A stretch of DNA of 64,000 nt from Trypanosoma brucei (lineage: Eukaryota): NCBI GenBank assembly GCA_000002445.1, contig CP000066.1, positions 1,056,001-1,120,000 of the forward strand. The letters run 5' to 3'. A model generated the notes under the pieces. That model worked only from the letters and a program-made list of their open reading frames with translations, searched no databases and was not told where the DNA came from. Numbering within the stretch: position 1 is the stretch's first letter; every line of letters starts with the position of its first letter. The translations under genes and the position numbers were made by a program. Of the stretch, positions 1 through 10,555 are shown piece by piece.

Positions 1-3000
1 TGGATTGCAAGTTGCAACATGTTCTTGCCCCGTATGTTGTGGCTAGGAGGGCCGTGAAGCGATACGGCTGCTGTCGGGGTGCATCAAATAGTATTAATGT
101 GGACTGTTCAGCGTCAACCTGCCGGGGTCGTTTTGAAGAAGATTTTTGTGGTATTGAGTCCGTGGCAGATGCAGGACCAGCAGGCTTTGGCCACAACGAC
201 CAGCACACGGAGAGGGGTTTGGACGTTGAGTACTTTCCAGCTTCTCGTTTGAGCGGTAGATACGTTCTGGTTTATTTGACTTCACCGTCTGGGTCTTCGT
301 TTACCAACCATGGGCCTGATTGTGTGATGCGGACAACAGAAAGCTTATGCTCGCCTTTGCTGACGGCTTCTCCTCGCGTTGGAACGCCTGTGCCGAGTGC
401 CAGTTCATCAACTGGGAGGGGATCTAGTGCGTCTCTTCCCATTCTGACTCAGGAGAAGACTGGTACTTCACCTTCCGCGCCGCTATGCCCTGTGGCGTCC
501 TTGCTCTCGCGTTTCTGCATATATTTTGGCTGTCAAACAGAAAGCAGGGATGCTGAGCGTATGTCCCGTTTTGTTGTGTTGGAGGTGCGGCAGGGGATAA
601 GTGTGGAGCCGAGGTGGGAATCTTTGCACAACATGGAAACTAGAAACAGGGCGTCGGCGTCTTTTGGGGATGCTGGCGCTATATCCTTCTCAAGGGCTGT
701 TTCGCCGAAGGGAGTCGATGGAGCCGCATTTACTGAAGACTTCAAGGTCAATGATGCGCTTACAGATCTTTCCACTGCGGACCAAAAATTTGGTGGTTGG
801 TTTTATCTTGAAAACTCAGCGGCATATAGGTGTGTCATTCAGAAATACAATGTTTCTTCTTGGCCGGCGATTTTACTTTTTGATCCGGCGGGGGAGCTTT
901 TAACGGCACGGGCGTATGACCATATAGAGCGTGAAATCTCTACCCTTAGCACGAGCGACGACCCAAACATATTAGCGGTAGTAGATTCGAGGGCAGAGCA
1001 ACACATGCAAGAAGTGGTGGGGATAGGTCCTTATGCAGGTTTTCGGTCTGGATTTCCCTGGATGACACCAGATGCGGGGCGTGATGAGGACAGGGGATCG
1101 AATGCGGTTGATGACGAGGTAGAGGGGGCACCACTTTTGTCTCTTGTCAGGTGGTTGTTGCGGCACGCACGACGCGTCGGGGAGAGTTGTGAAGTGGGTG
1201 CAACTTACCCGCCGGAAGACTCGTGTAATGTGCCCGAGCAACGTTGTCTTGACTCGTGCATGGATGGAGCCACGCACCTTGCACTGTACTTTGGTGCCGT
1301 CTGGCACCCAGCGACCAAACGTTTCTTACCCAAGCTAAAGCGTTTATGGTCAGCCGCCTGCGAAGGTGGTGATGACTGCTGTGTACTTGACGATGACGCT
1401 GGCCGAAACAGTTCTGACGGTGAGGGGGCTGCCGCTTGGGAAGGGGGAAAAAGGGCGTTGAGTGCGTTTGTCGCCGACACTGGGAGCCTCTATGAGCCTC
1501 TGGGCATCGAATCGTGGAGAAGGGGAATGACAAATGACGTCTGTGCTAGTGTCAGCACAGCGGATAGCGATGCGCCATACATACCATCCCGATGTTCGGC
1601 TGTGGAAACGCCAATGGGTTCACCCAAAGAGCACCCGCCATCCTTTCAGAGCCCTACACCGACAGTCGAAGGCCCGCTGGTTTCACCTAGGGTGTTTCGT
1701 AGTGAGTTAGCAGAGGAGAAACAACCCGAGGGATCTCATCACTTCCAAGTAGTGTTTGTCAGTTGCGATATGGACGTGTCCCAGTTGAAGTCTTCGCTCA
1801 CTTCCATGCCGAGTTCGTGGCTATTCGTCTCGTCCGTCCTGGCACCTCAAGCACAGGGTGTGATCAGGGCCTGCTTGGAGTTTTTCGATGTCCGCGTGTT
1901 TCCACGCCTCGTGGTGCTGGACACGTCGCATCGAGTCGGCTTGCAGCATGATGACGGTGGGTTGTCCAAGGTGTGGTCGCGATATCCAATAGCTTTGAAG
2001 GTTGTACGCTCGCACGGGGAGAGATCTGTTCTGAATGGAAGTGGTTTGAGAGAGTTGCTTTCCGGAGATGATCTTAACGACAACGTGGTTCCACAGAGAG
2101 AGGCGAGCACGGGGGAGTGTGGCATCGATGGCTCCGCCAGGCTGCTTGCCCATGGCATCATCACTAACGAGTTGTTGCACCAAGGCTATTTGCATTCTAT
2201 GATGAGGTCTGTCCTTGGGCAAGGAGGATCTCTTTTTGTGCTTTGCTGCATCGGAAGTATTTGCCCCGATCTCCACCAGGAGTGTGTGGCTTCTTTGCGT
2301 GAAGCGTGCACGTCTTGGGCTCAGGAAACGGGACGGTTCTCTGAAGGGGTGCCGAGGCATACGCTAGGTTCGTTAACACTAGGAAAACCGTCGCAAATGA
2401 CAGTAATGGAGGCATCAACGGTGTGTGCAGGGGATTTAACAGGGCCAGCTACTCTTGCTACTGTTTCCCCACTCTCGTGTTTTATAAGGGCCGATTTGAC
2501 GATTAGCAATAGTGGGAGGTCGAGCGGGGAGGTGGCCTCACCTCCTCTGGAGCGTGTCACGACGAGTGTGGATGACAACCGCTCATCGGCCGTTTATTTT
2601 GTGGATGCCATCAGTCTTGTGCGGGGACATGAAGGCAACAGTGGAGAAGGGGCAGGGGAGGGAATCACCCGAAGTGGGCGTCGAAGCGAACTTTGCACAG
2701 AGGGGGGTTTGTCGCAGGAAGATAAGTCACTGCTTCAAGAATATGTAATCTCAGAAGTTTTGGAAGCCAATGAGCATTTCGTACCACCATTTGAAGGCGA
2801 GCCTTTTCTAGTCTACTTGCAGTGGCCTGAGCGGCGTGTGGATGTACTTCGACGCATCGATGACTCTGAGCCACCCTTGAATACGGGTGGTCCTTCGGCG
2901 CGGTCCCCATCTGTCACTGCTTCTGCTAACACCTTGATCCCGGCTTCAGGGACTCCATCGCCCGGCGCAGTGGAGGTCGGAGCTCCCGCCGAGGTTCCCC

Positions 3001-3074
3001 GCAGGTCGCCGCTATGCTCATCCGCACTGGTGAAATCGTTCATTGTGCGGTGTAACATGAAGCGAACTTGTTAA
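1..3074 (+). CDS. Large S/P-rich protein (5' partial, runs off window start) with nucleoredoxin/tryparedoxin-like thioredoxin-fold repeats that lack a CXXC active site
   Basis: Open frame continues to base 3 with no upstream stop; stop at 3072-3074. Motifs resembling tryparedoxin/nucleoredoxin: 'LALYFGAVWHPATKRFLP' (cf. 'YFSASWCPPCRGFTP'), 'FQVVFVSCDMDVSQLKSSLTSMPSSWLFV...VRVFPRLVVLD' (cf. 'FEIIFVSSDRSEESFKQYF..MPWLAVPF...GIPTLIVLD'), 'SSWPAILLFDP'. No WCPPC/CXXC present. Confidence 0.5.
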   Translation, partial: DCKLQHVLAPYVVARRAVKRYGCCRGASNSINVDCSASTCRGRFEEDFCGIESVADAGPAGFGHNDQHTERGLDVEYFPASRLSGRYVLVYLTSPSGSSFTNHGPDCVMRTTESLCSPLLTASPRVGTPVPSASSSTGRGSSASLPILTQEKTGTSPSAPLCPVASLLSRFCIYFGCQTESRDAERMSRFVVLEVRQGISVEPRWESLHNMETRNRASASFGDAGAISFSRAVSPKGVDGAAFTEDFKVNDALTDLSTADQKFGGWFYLENSAAYRCVIQKYNVSSWPAILLFDPAGELLTARAYDHIEREISTLSTSDDPNILAVVDSRAEQHMQEVVGIGPYAGFRSGFPWMTPDAGRDEDRGSNAVDDEVEGAPLLSLVRWLLRHARRVGESCEVGATYPPEDSCNVPEQRCLDSCMDGATHLALYFGAVWHPATKRFLPKLKRLWSAACEGGDDCCVLDDDAGRNSSDGEGAAAWEGGKRALSAFVADTGSLYEPLGIESWRRGMTNDVCASVSTADSDAPYIPSRCSAVETPMGSPKEHPPSFQSPTPTVEGPLVSPRVFRSELAEEKQPEGSHHFQVVFVSCDMDVSQLKSSLTSMPSSWLFVSSVLAPQAQGVIRACLEFFDVRVFPRLVVLDTSHRVGLQHDDGGLSKVWSRYPIALKVVRSHGERSVLNGSGLRELLSGDDLNDNVVPQREASTGECGIDGSARLLAHGIITNELLHQGYLHSMMRSVLGQGGSLFVLCCIGSICPDLHQECVASLREACTSWAQETGRFSEGVPRHTLGSLTLGKPSQMTVMEASTVCAGDLTGPATLATVSPLSCFIRADLTISNSGRSSGEVASPPLERVTTSVDDNRSSAVYFVDAISLVRGHEGNSGEGAGEGITRSGRRSELCTEGGLSQEDKSLLQEYVISEVLEANEHFVPPFEGEPFLVYLQWPERRVDVLRRIDDSEPPLNTGGPSARSPSVTASANTLIPASGTPSPGAVEVGAPAEVPRRSPLCSSALVKSFIVRCNMKRTC

Positions 3075-3211
3075 TATTCGACATGTATCCGTTAGCTGTG
3101 AGCAATTCTCACCCCGCTAATTCTTATGTTTTGCTGCGGAGGGCATCCGCACTATGATTACTTCTCTCTTCTTCCGAACACTTTACATGTATGAGAACAA
3201 AACTCCTAAGG

Positions 3212-3258
3212 TTTCTTTGCCTCCCTTTCTTTCTTTTTGTGTTTCCTCCTTTTCCCAA
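3212..3258 (+). promoter_or_regulatory. Polypyrimidine tract (putative SL trans-splice acceptor signal) upstream of gene at 3495
   Basis: ctttgcctccctttctttctttttgtgtttcctccttttccc; kinetoplastid trans-splicing uses polyY + downstream AG. Confidence 0.45.
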
Positions 3259-3494
3259 CTGTGGCTTTTGCTCACATATCGCGGAGTGCATTTGACGGTT
3301 GCCTTCCAACTCACAGGTAAGTGCGGTGAAGGGGAGGCGGGGAGCGCAAGCAAAGACAGGTGTGAGCTCAGCACCCAAACGGCCCTGTGGGTAAAAGACG
3401 CTACAGGCAGCCGTAACAAAAAACGTTGAAGTCTGCGCGCATTTAGAGCTTCCAAGTTATTTTTGTTATCATTTAGTTTAGTGGCACTCTGTGT

Positions 3495-4571
3495 ATGTCT
3501 TCTGGTGTCCCTGTTTCATCGCAGTGGCCACCTGTCAGAGGTGGGCTGATCATCTTGCGGGCTGCCTTCTCTGGTGCACGTCAAAGTCTTGATGTCGTGA
3601 AGTTTCTGAGCTACGTGGGGTCGAGTGCCGAGGTGAGTCGTAATCTTCGGTCTTGCACACTTGTCAACTTTCTTTTCTTTTTCGGCATTTGGATTTCTTC
3701 TATCGTATTTTCTCCCTTGTGGAGCCTTGCCGTGACTTTGATGCGGGGGCGCTCGACATTGGCTGGTGACCCGGATGCGATCACAAATTCGGCGTCGTTG
3801 AGTAACGTCAATCGTGTTGCGGGAGGAGCCACAGGGGTCGTGACTATATTGTGGACGTGTGTATTTTATTTTGTGTGGGTTTTCCCTATGTACGGAATTA
3901 CACTTCTCTTTGGTATACGTTGGTACAACGCGCTGTACGCAGCTGCGAATAGTGAGAAGCGAAGGCGTGCCCTTCTGATGGCGGCCGCCAGAAGCCCCGG
4001 CAGGCCGGTGGTGCCCGTTAGGGGAGCTGCGGCCGGTGCCGGTCCCAAGCCAACCGCATCCTCCCTCTCATTTAGTGATGTCGTCGTATCCCTCACTGAA
4101 ACTTTGTTTAAGGTTGTTGCTACCAGCTTGTGCACTGTTGTAATGACGGTGGTAGGGACCATTCTCCCCGTGCCCCTGGGCGCATGTGTAGACGTGGCGA
4201 TGAGAAGTTGGTTGCACGCTTTCTATGTGTTTGACTACCGCGTTTCTTCACAGTACGTGACCGATAGGGTTACACAGCGACGCAACTACGTGGGGCTTTC
4301 ATCTGCTATTGAGTTTTTTGAGGCAAATTGGGCGTACTTTCTCGGGTTTGGAGCGTCGCGCTGCCTCGTTACCGGTGTATTGGATTTGACGGGCATAGTA
4401 ACATCGTGGTTTGCCAAAGAAGCCGCTGTGTCAGTGCTATTTGGGGCCCATGTTGTACTTTCTGTTGAAGCAAAACTTCCCCCGCGCGCGCCATTCAGTA
4501 TTCCCATGTTCACTCCTTTTTTTATACTCTGTGACAAGATTATAAGGGCGGTTGTGCATGTGGCGCAATGA
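3495..4571 (+). CDS. Hypothetical polytopic membrane protein (approx. 6-8 predicted TM helices)
   Basis: ATG at 3495; 358 aa; multiple long hydrophobic segments (e.g. LVNFLFFFGIWISSIVFSPLWSLAV, VVTILWTCVFYFVWVFPMYGITLLFG, TSLCTVVMTVVGTILPVPLGACV); coding-like GC versus AT-rich flanks. Confidence 0.55.
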   Translation: MSSGVPVSSQWPPVRGGLIILRAAFSGARQSLDVVKFLSYVGSSAEVSRNLRSCTLVNFLFFFGIWISSIVFSPLWSLAVTLMRGRSTLAGDPDAITNSASLSNVNRVAGGATGVVTILWTCVFYFVWVFPMYGITLLFGIRWYNALYAAANSEKRRRALLMAAARSPGRPVVPVRGAAAGAGPKPTASSLSFSDVVVSLTETLFKVVATSLCTVVMTVVGTILPVPLGACVDVAMRSWLHAFYVFDYRVSSQYVTDRVTQRRNYVGLSSAIEFFEANWAYFLGFGASRCLVTGVLDLTGIVTSWFAKEAAVSVLFGAHVVLSVEAKLPPRAPFSIPMFTPFFILCDKIIRAVVHVAQ

Positions 4572-5366
4572 TGGCCCTTGAACATGGGAGACATCTTCGG
4601 ACTAATGTGTATGGATGGACGAGTGGAAAATATTAGCAATACGTGCATCTACAAATGCAAGCAGACGCCTAACACTGGTTGCATATTTCTACATGTGTGT
4701 ATGTGAACTGTTCAAAAGTCCCCGTGTCTGCCTGCATTTTTATATACGCGTATTGCTAATATTTCTTGAGTGCGATTATTTTTCCCCTCTTTTTTTCACT
4801 TTTTCTTTTTTTTACCTCTTGCTGCCCACCATGCAAATGGGATGAGCGATTCACTTTACTTCTTTCCTCCCCTTTTGTCGAGGTGTGTGATTTCCTCCTG
4901 ATGAGGGAAGAAGGCATTTTTTATGACACCGTTTGTTACATATCAACTGTTGGAGATTCAATATGTGTGTGTGTATCTGGGTGGCAGAAGGGAAATTGGG
5001 GTGTCGCACGGTTTGCCGTGCATTGTTCCCCCGCCATTTTTTGCTCTTGTGCTATATCACTATTATCGTGTTACCCCTTTCTTCATCCTTACCGTTTTTG
5101 GCCCCCCTCTCGTTTGTTTTCCCTCTTGTGTTGTGGAAAAAATAAAAATAAACATGTTAATCTGAGTGGCACGACAAGAAACCGGTGAAAATTTGGCAAC
5201 CCACGTGCGTGTGCGTGTGGGCTTGAGAGTTTGTTGACAAGCACAAAAGGGGAAAAGGAGCGCTGAGGAACTTAGTTAAGGAACAGAACGCTAACATTAG
5301 GAGCGGGAGCAGGTTGTGACCGCCGTAACTTACATCTAAAATTACGTACACACCCATATACATATA

Positions 5367-6587
5367 ATGTACCAAAGCAGAACAATGGTATCTTTTTTGA
5401 TGGCTGCAACTCTTTTTGCGTTGTATTTGTTTCCATTTGGGGCCCGAGGAGACGACCCGAGGCGGAACGATAAATTAGTGGAGGCCCTGAGAGCAGAGTT
5501 TACGTCATCTGGCCTCGCTGCACCACCCGAGCCACCGTCCGATTTGGGTGTGCATGCGACTTGCGTAAAGTTTGGACTCGCGTGCTCCGACGCGTATGTG
5601 GACTTTCTTAAGGATGAAGTCGCAAAACTGCATGGCACTGCCGGTGGGATTCCTCCTTCACAGGCAGAGAAGCCGAAGCGAGTGCCACCAACCAGTGCAG
5701 GTAAGGAACGACGAACTCCGAAGTCCCCAGTGGAGGATAACGATCCCACGCGTGACGTAAAACTGGAGAAGCTACAGCGTTTGCGAAATGTGTATCGTGA
5801 TAAATTGCTGGAGCTACATTCGTCAGAAAAGAGGTGGGAATGTTTCTTCACAAGGATTAGCAGTGTATTGAGTTCTTTATTACTCTCTCATGTTTCCTCG
5901 TTCGTGTTGTGGTTCTGGACTGCCTTTGCGCCTCATGTTCCCGTTGCCATGCTTCTCATGGCGGTACTTACGTGGGTATTTTTCGGCACTCACATCCCCA
6001 ACGAGCACATTTGCTGCCTTCGTGCTGCGAGACCTGCATTCGCAATGGATCAACTCCTTGCCCGCAGTGCCCCTCCGAAATCGGTTGCGAGCCTCGTGAT
6101 TGAGCGGGAGCGGTGCTCTGGTTATGATGATTTCGGTGAATTTAACGACTCCGCTACCGGTGCTTCAGCAGAGGGGGAGGTGCAAGGGCACGAGGTGGAA
6201 CGCCGCGATGAATATTGGGATCTTGTGCGGTTTTCCCTGATTGAAGCGTATGACATGTACCACGCGGAGGTGATAGTCTTGAAGTTGAGATTGGTGCTGA
6301 GTCTGTTGGCATTGCTAATGCTCATTTGGAGCGTTATTTCTCTGCCGCTGCAAACTGTTGATCTGCAGAATGGTGGATTTGTAAAGACTCTGGTGTCCAG
6401 TGTTTTGCCGGAGTGGGTGCCCGCTGTGGCGGGGCTTCACTTTGCGTGGTCATGCGTTGGTGGATTGGTTGCTTTCGCCTGCTGGGAGGTGTTTGCCGCT
6501 GGCGAGATGCTTTGCCGTTTGAATGCGCGTTCCGCCACCATGTGCGACAGCATCCTTAAGGAATGGAGTTGGAAACTTGATGGATAA
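5367..6587 (+). CDS. Hypothetical protein with N-terminal signal peptide, central charged/coiled region and C-terminal TM helices
   Basis: ATG at 5367 (MYQSRTMVSFLMAATLFALYLFPFGARG = signal-peptide-like); hydrophobic helices near C-terminus; 406 aa. Confidence 0.5.
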   Translation: MYQSRTMVSFLMAATLFALYLFPFGARGDDPRRNDKLVEALRAEFTSSGLAAPPEPPSDLGVHATCVKFGLACSDAYVDFLKDEVAKLHGTAGGIPPSQAEKPKRVPPTSAGKERRTPKSPVEDNDPTRDVKLEKLQRLRNVYRDKLLELHSSEKRWECFFTRISSVLSSLLLSHVSSFVLWFWTAFAPHVPVAMLLMAVLTWVFFGTHIPNEHICCLRAARPAFAMDQLLARSAPPKSVASLVIERERCSGYDDFGEFNDSATGASAEGEVQGHEVERRDEYWDLVRFSLIEAYDMYHAEVIVLKLRLVLSLLALLMLIWSVISLPLQTVDLQNGGFVKTLVSSVLPEWVPAVAGLHFAWSCVGGLVAFACWEVFAAGEMLCRLNARSATMCDSILKEWSWKLDG

Positions 6588-7643
6588 TAAGGGGGAGGGA
6601 CACCACAATGACGTGACAGTGGTTGAAGGCATCTTCAATTGACGTGGGGGAAGTTGTCAAGTCTTCGCTGCCCCGAATGTAGGAGTTGGTAGAGATCGGT
6701 ATTGTCGCGTTTGTGGGCTGGCGTGAATATTTGAACCTGGGATGTGCCGATTTGTTCGGGGGTTAAATGGCAGCGCACAGAAGTGTTTTTTATTTTACAC
6801 CGCATGTATGAAAGGAGAAGCGAAAACAAACCAGCAAACAGCTTATGGGGAACTAATAGTAGAGTGTCTCCGCTCCCCCCCTTTTCTTCGTCCATTCTTG
6901 TTTTTTTTTTGTTTGCATGCAGCGGGTAGCTGATGATCATACGCGAGTGCGTGGAGGGGTATAGGGGATACCGGGAAACATTATCGAAAACTGTAGAATT
7001 CCCTTTTATGTAAGAATACAGAATGAGCATTTCCTTTTCCTCTTTTACCGACTTTGTCTTCAATCTTCATTTTTCCCTTCTTCCGTTGTTCACTTGTGGT
7101 TAACACACTTGACTTTTGAAACTTCGTTATCTGTCGGCTACCTTTACTCATTATGAAACCTCAGAACAGTTCAACGGGAGGTGTAATGAACAACTTTTTA
7201 CCCACGCGGGCCTTTCCCCCCTCTATTGGCGTGTGAGTTTGCCTCTCTGTAGATGCATGCATATATATCTATATACATGTACGCACACATGTGTGTGTGT
7301 ATCGCCCCCTTTTTATTTTGTTCCGGTTATTATGTTCCGTGCTGCGCGCCCCTCGGGTTCATAATATTTTCACTTTTTCGTACGTGCGTTCCCCATCTCT
7401 TTTCCCTTTGGGTGGTGCTCAAGCGCCTTTTTTTTTAATTCTAAAAGAAAAATAAACGACCTTTTATTTGAAGTGAGAAGGAGGAGACTGTTATTTAAAC
7501 GCTATTCTTTGGAGGCAAGCGGAAGTCATAGAAAGGAAACAATAACAAGGGCCCCCGTGTGAAGGGCAGGAATCATAGAAAGTGGCAGAGGTGCTGAAAA
7601 GAAACTTACTTACGATCATAACCGCTGATTGTAGTAAAAGGAG

Positions 7644-8780
7644 ATGGGCATTATTAAACATGTGGCAGTTATATTGGACGTGTCTGAAGCGAGCTTGGAG
7701 CAACATGTCTTGGAGAGGGTGCGGCAGTTGGACGAAGACACTGTTGTTCGTCGCCTCTCCGAAGAAAAGGCGGGAAAATTGCCTGATTTTATAAAGCTTT
7801 CGGAGGACATTATAGAAAAGAACGATCTCCGGAAGAGCGGGGAAGGTAGTGTTGAGTCCATACAGCGCTTCGTATGTTTCGTTACAGACAATAAGACGAG
7901 ACAAAACGGCATGGTTGCATATGCAATGCACTGCCTGCAGATTCCAGTTCTGTCACTTACGAAAGGCCAGAAGGCGAAAGGTAATGATGATGCTGAGCAC
8001 TGGGTGTCCACTATATTATACAAGGATCTTGACGGGTCGCACACTGACCCCCTCGCTGCCGTCAACGAGTTCTTCACGTTTCCTGATAAAGTGGGAGAAC
8101 TTCTTGCGGTTGAGGGGAGGGACAGCCAATTAACCCTACAATATTGCCGTGAACTGCGTAGTTACCTTCAGCGTGCGTGGAGTGCAGAGGTGAAGCTCGT
8201 GGGGCCCAATGGTTGTGACATGTCTGAGGAAGGTTTGGACGGGACAAAGTGTGGAGAGACGGATAATGTGGAGGAACAGGTGGAAGTGGAGTCTGGAATC
8301 CATGCCCCACTGGTTAAGGAGCTTTTGGGCAACAGCCAGCTTGAGAGCACCCATCAAAATGACCATCTTTTGCACGGGGCCATGTATGCACTCAACCGCC
8401 ATGAAAATCTTCCAATTATTCGATACCGTCTGCAGCGAGGGGTGAATATCATTCTGTGCCGCCCGATGTCCTCTTCCCTTGAGAAGCTGTTTAATAAGTT
8501 TTCCAGGATGCGAGGGGGAGCAGAGGATGTGCGGCGGTCATTTATTGACGCCGTGAAATCGCTTCTGCAGTTTGAGGGTCGATGGCTTGACATGCCGAGG
8601 CGGAGAGTGGTGTTGATACGAGAGGGCGTGGCTCACAGTTGGAGCGCTTGGCTTGGCAATGAGGTGATCCACCCGTTGGTTGATTGGATACCAGTTGACG
8701 TCAAAGCTGGTAATATCGCTGACCATTGCGCCTCCCTAGAGGCGAGTGTAAAGAAGGCGGTGCGACGGCTTTCCCGTTAA
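7644..8780 (+). CDS. Conserved hypothetical protein (no family recognised)
   Basis: ATG at 7644, 378 aa, coding-like composition, preceded by ~1 kb AT/polyY-rich intergenic region. Confidence 0.5.
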   Translation: MGIIKHVAVILDVSEASLEQHVLERVRQLDEDTVVRRLSEEKAGKLPDFIKLSEDIIEKNDLRKSGEGSVESIQRFVCFVTDNKTRQNGMVAYAMHCLQIPVLSLTKGQKAKGNDDAEHWVSTILYKDLDGSHTDPLAAVNEFFTFPDKVGELLAVEGRDSQLTLQYCRELRSYLQRAWSAEVKLVGPNGCDMSEEGLDGTKCGETDNVEEQVEVESGIHAPLVKELLGNSQLESTHQNDHLLHGAMYALNRHENLPIIRYRLQRGVNIILCRPMSSSLEKLFNKFSRMRGGAEDVRRSFIDAVKSLLQFEGRWLDMPRRRVVLIREGVAHSWSAWLGNEVIHPLVDWIPVDVKAGNIADHCASLEASVKKAVRRLSR

Positions 8781-9181
8781 CAGGAATATACTAAGATTAT
8801 GGCAAATAATTTCCCCCTCTTCTCATTTGATGTGTTGTCTTGTTGCTGGTTGCGTCTCTCACAGTCATTTAAGGCAAAGTTCGCGTCCGGCGGGAGGGAT
8901 GCAACAGGAGGAAAGTAGTTTTCTGTTGTATACCCCACTGTGTGTGTCTTTTCTGTCTTTTATTTTTTCAAGCAAAAGAAAAAATGCTATTTTCTTTCCT
9001 TCCTTGTTTTACTTCGATTCTGTTGTATTACTGTTCCAAGCCCTTTACTTATAGTAAACGGGAGGGTAGAGGGCAAGGGGAGTGTCAAAAGGACTGCGGT
9101 TCGGAGGAAGGGTGAAGAAAAGGAAGAAAGGAACTCTTTTGTTTCGTATAGTGTGTGTGTGTCTTTCTGTTTCTGAGGATT

Positions 9182-10234
9182 ATGGCCAAAATTAATGCAA
9201 CTTATGGTTCCGGCTACTACCTCGCGCCTGACGTGGACTACCGCAGGCTTGAGGAACAACAGAGATTAGAGCGCAAGCGGAAAAAGGTGAAGGGCGAAGC
9301 GGTTTCTCCGTCCGAGAGAGACGCCATACGCCAAACGTTTGCAATGCCATTCAACGTTATTTGTCTTCACTGTAACTGTCGGATTGCACGGGGCGCACAC
9401 GGTTATGTGAACCGTAGGGCGACAGATGAAACATACATGGGGATCCGCATATGGGAGCTGGAAATCCGCTGCATGTTCTGTAAGGGTCACATTTATCTCA
9501 AGACAGATTACGAAACCGCCAAACTGACAGGTGGGTATCATTGCAGTCGCAACTGCAGACGCGGCGAGGGCGACTTCTACGGGACAAACCAAATAAATGA
9601 GGAGGTGAAGGCCCAACGGGCAGCTGAAAAAGCGGATGAGGGAACAGTAGATGCACTGGAGCGTGAGAATGAGGTGATGCTTCAGCTACAGGAAAGAGAG
9701 CGTTTGGTGGAGGAGCTCGTGGAGGCCAGAGCTGGCACGGAGGAGGCTCAGACGCGTGATGAGCTCCTGCAGGTGATCCGAGCCAGGAAGCAGCAAGGAG
9801 CTTTGATGGTGGGGGACGGGATTGAAGGTGAGTTTCAGCCGGAAGCAAAGCGCTCAGCTGAGGAAGAAGAAGAGATGTACCAGCGCTTCGAAGCACAGCT
9901 GCGACTTTGGGGTGGTGAAGGCACTTCGTCTTGGCGGGAGCAACATGATCAACAACAGCGGAGCGGGGCAAAGAAGGGTGGTGGAGGTGAGGAGGAGGAA
10001 GTGACAGCAGCCCTCATAGCGAGGTATGCAGGTGCTGAAGGGAAATATGGAAACGTTTTCGTCGACGATTCGGAGGATAGCAACGACGATGATCGCGAAG
10101 GGAAGTCCGTTCCACTGCCCAGTGCTACCACGACGCCTTTAACGACGTCCCCATCTACATCAGCAAATGAGAAAAGCAACTTAGTTTCAGTCTTGCGGAA
10201 AGGGAGTGCATTGGCTTCCTTGCTTGACGATTGA
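9182..10234 (+). CDS. Splicing factor of the CWC16/Yju2 (CCDC94/CCDC130, DUF572) family
   Basis: First in-frame ATG at 9182; the ORF-track start 9155 is GTG. 'FAMPFNVICLHCNCRIARGAHGYVNRRATDETYMGIRIWELEIRCMFCKGHIYLKTDYETAKLTGGYHCSRN' aligns with Yju2 '[72 protein letters not shown]' (two CxxC zinc knuckles), followed by a charged coiled-coil. Confidence 0.75.
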   Translation: MAKINATYGSGYYLAPDVDYRRLEEQQRLERKRKKVKGEAVSPSERDAIRQTFAMPFNVICLHCNCRIARGAHGYVNRRATDETYMGIRIWELEIRCMFCKGHIYLKTDYETAKLTGGYHCSRNCRRGEGDFYGTNQINEEVKAQRAAEKADEGTVDALERENEVMLQLQERERLVEELVEARAGTEEAQTRDELLQVIRARKQQGALMVGDGIEGEFQPEAKRSAEEEEEMYQRFEAQLRLWGGEGTSSWREQHDQQQRSGAKKGGGGEEEEVTAALIARYAGAEGKYGNVFVDDSEDSNDDDREGKSVPLPSATTTPLTTSPSTSANEKSNLVSVLRKGSALASLLDD

Positions 10235-10507
10235 GATACCTACTGCACCTCTTTTAGTTGTTGCGACGCACGCCATTGCCGTTATTTTAGGCATGATGGC
10301 ATTGTTATTGTCGTTATAGTTCAACAGGAGAAACCTCTTCACCGTGAAGCGATGTTCCTCTTCTTTTTCCCTCTTAACATCGTCAGATTTTTTTTTTTTG
10401 CTCCGCATCACAATAGTGTTTAGGAAGTTTAGCCTCTCCATATTAATTGCTTGACGCAGTCAAACACGCGTTTGAACTTCTGGTGGGTAGAGGTGATAGG
10501 TCCACCG

Positions 10508-10527
10508 TCCTTTGTTTTTTTGCAGCC
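10508..10527 (+). promoter_or_regulatory. PolyY-AG trans-splice acceptor immediately upstream of the Sec16-like start codon
   Basis: cctttgtttttttgcag then ATG at 10556; the ORF-track N-terminus (from TTG 10451) translates this tract and is probably UTR. Confidence 0.5.
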
Positions 10528-10555
10528 TGTAGACAAACCCGTTGCTGCCACGATA

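Noticed and set aside
1147-2578. Multiple 60-180 aa minus-strand ORFs (e.g. 1147..1533, 1821..2360, 2321..2578)
   Set aside because: They lie entirely inside the long + strand CDS 1-3074 and are typical antisense shadow ORFs of a GC-rich coding region. No independent signals support them.
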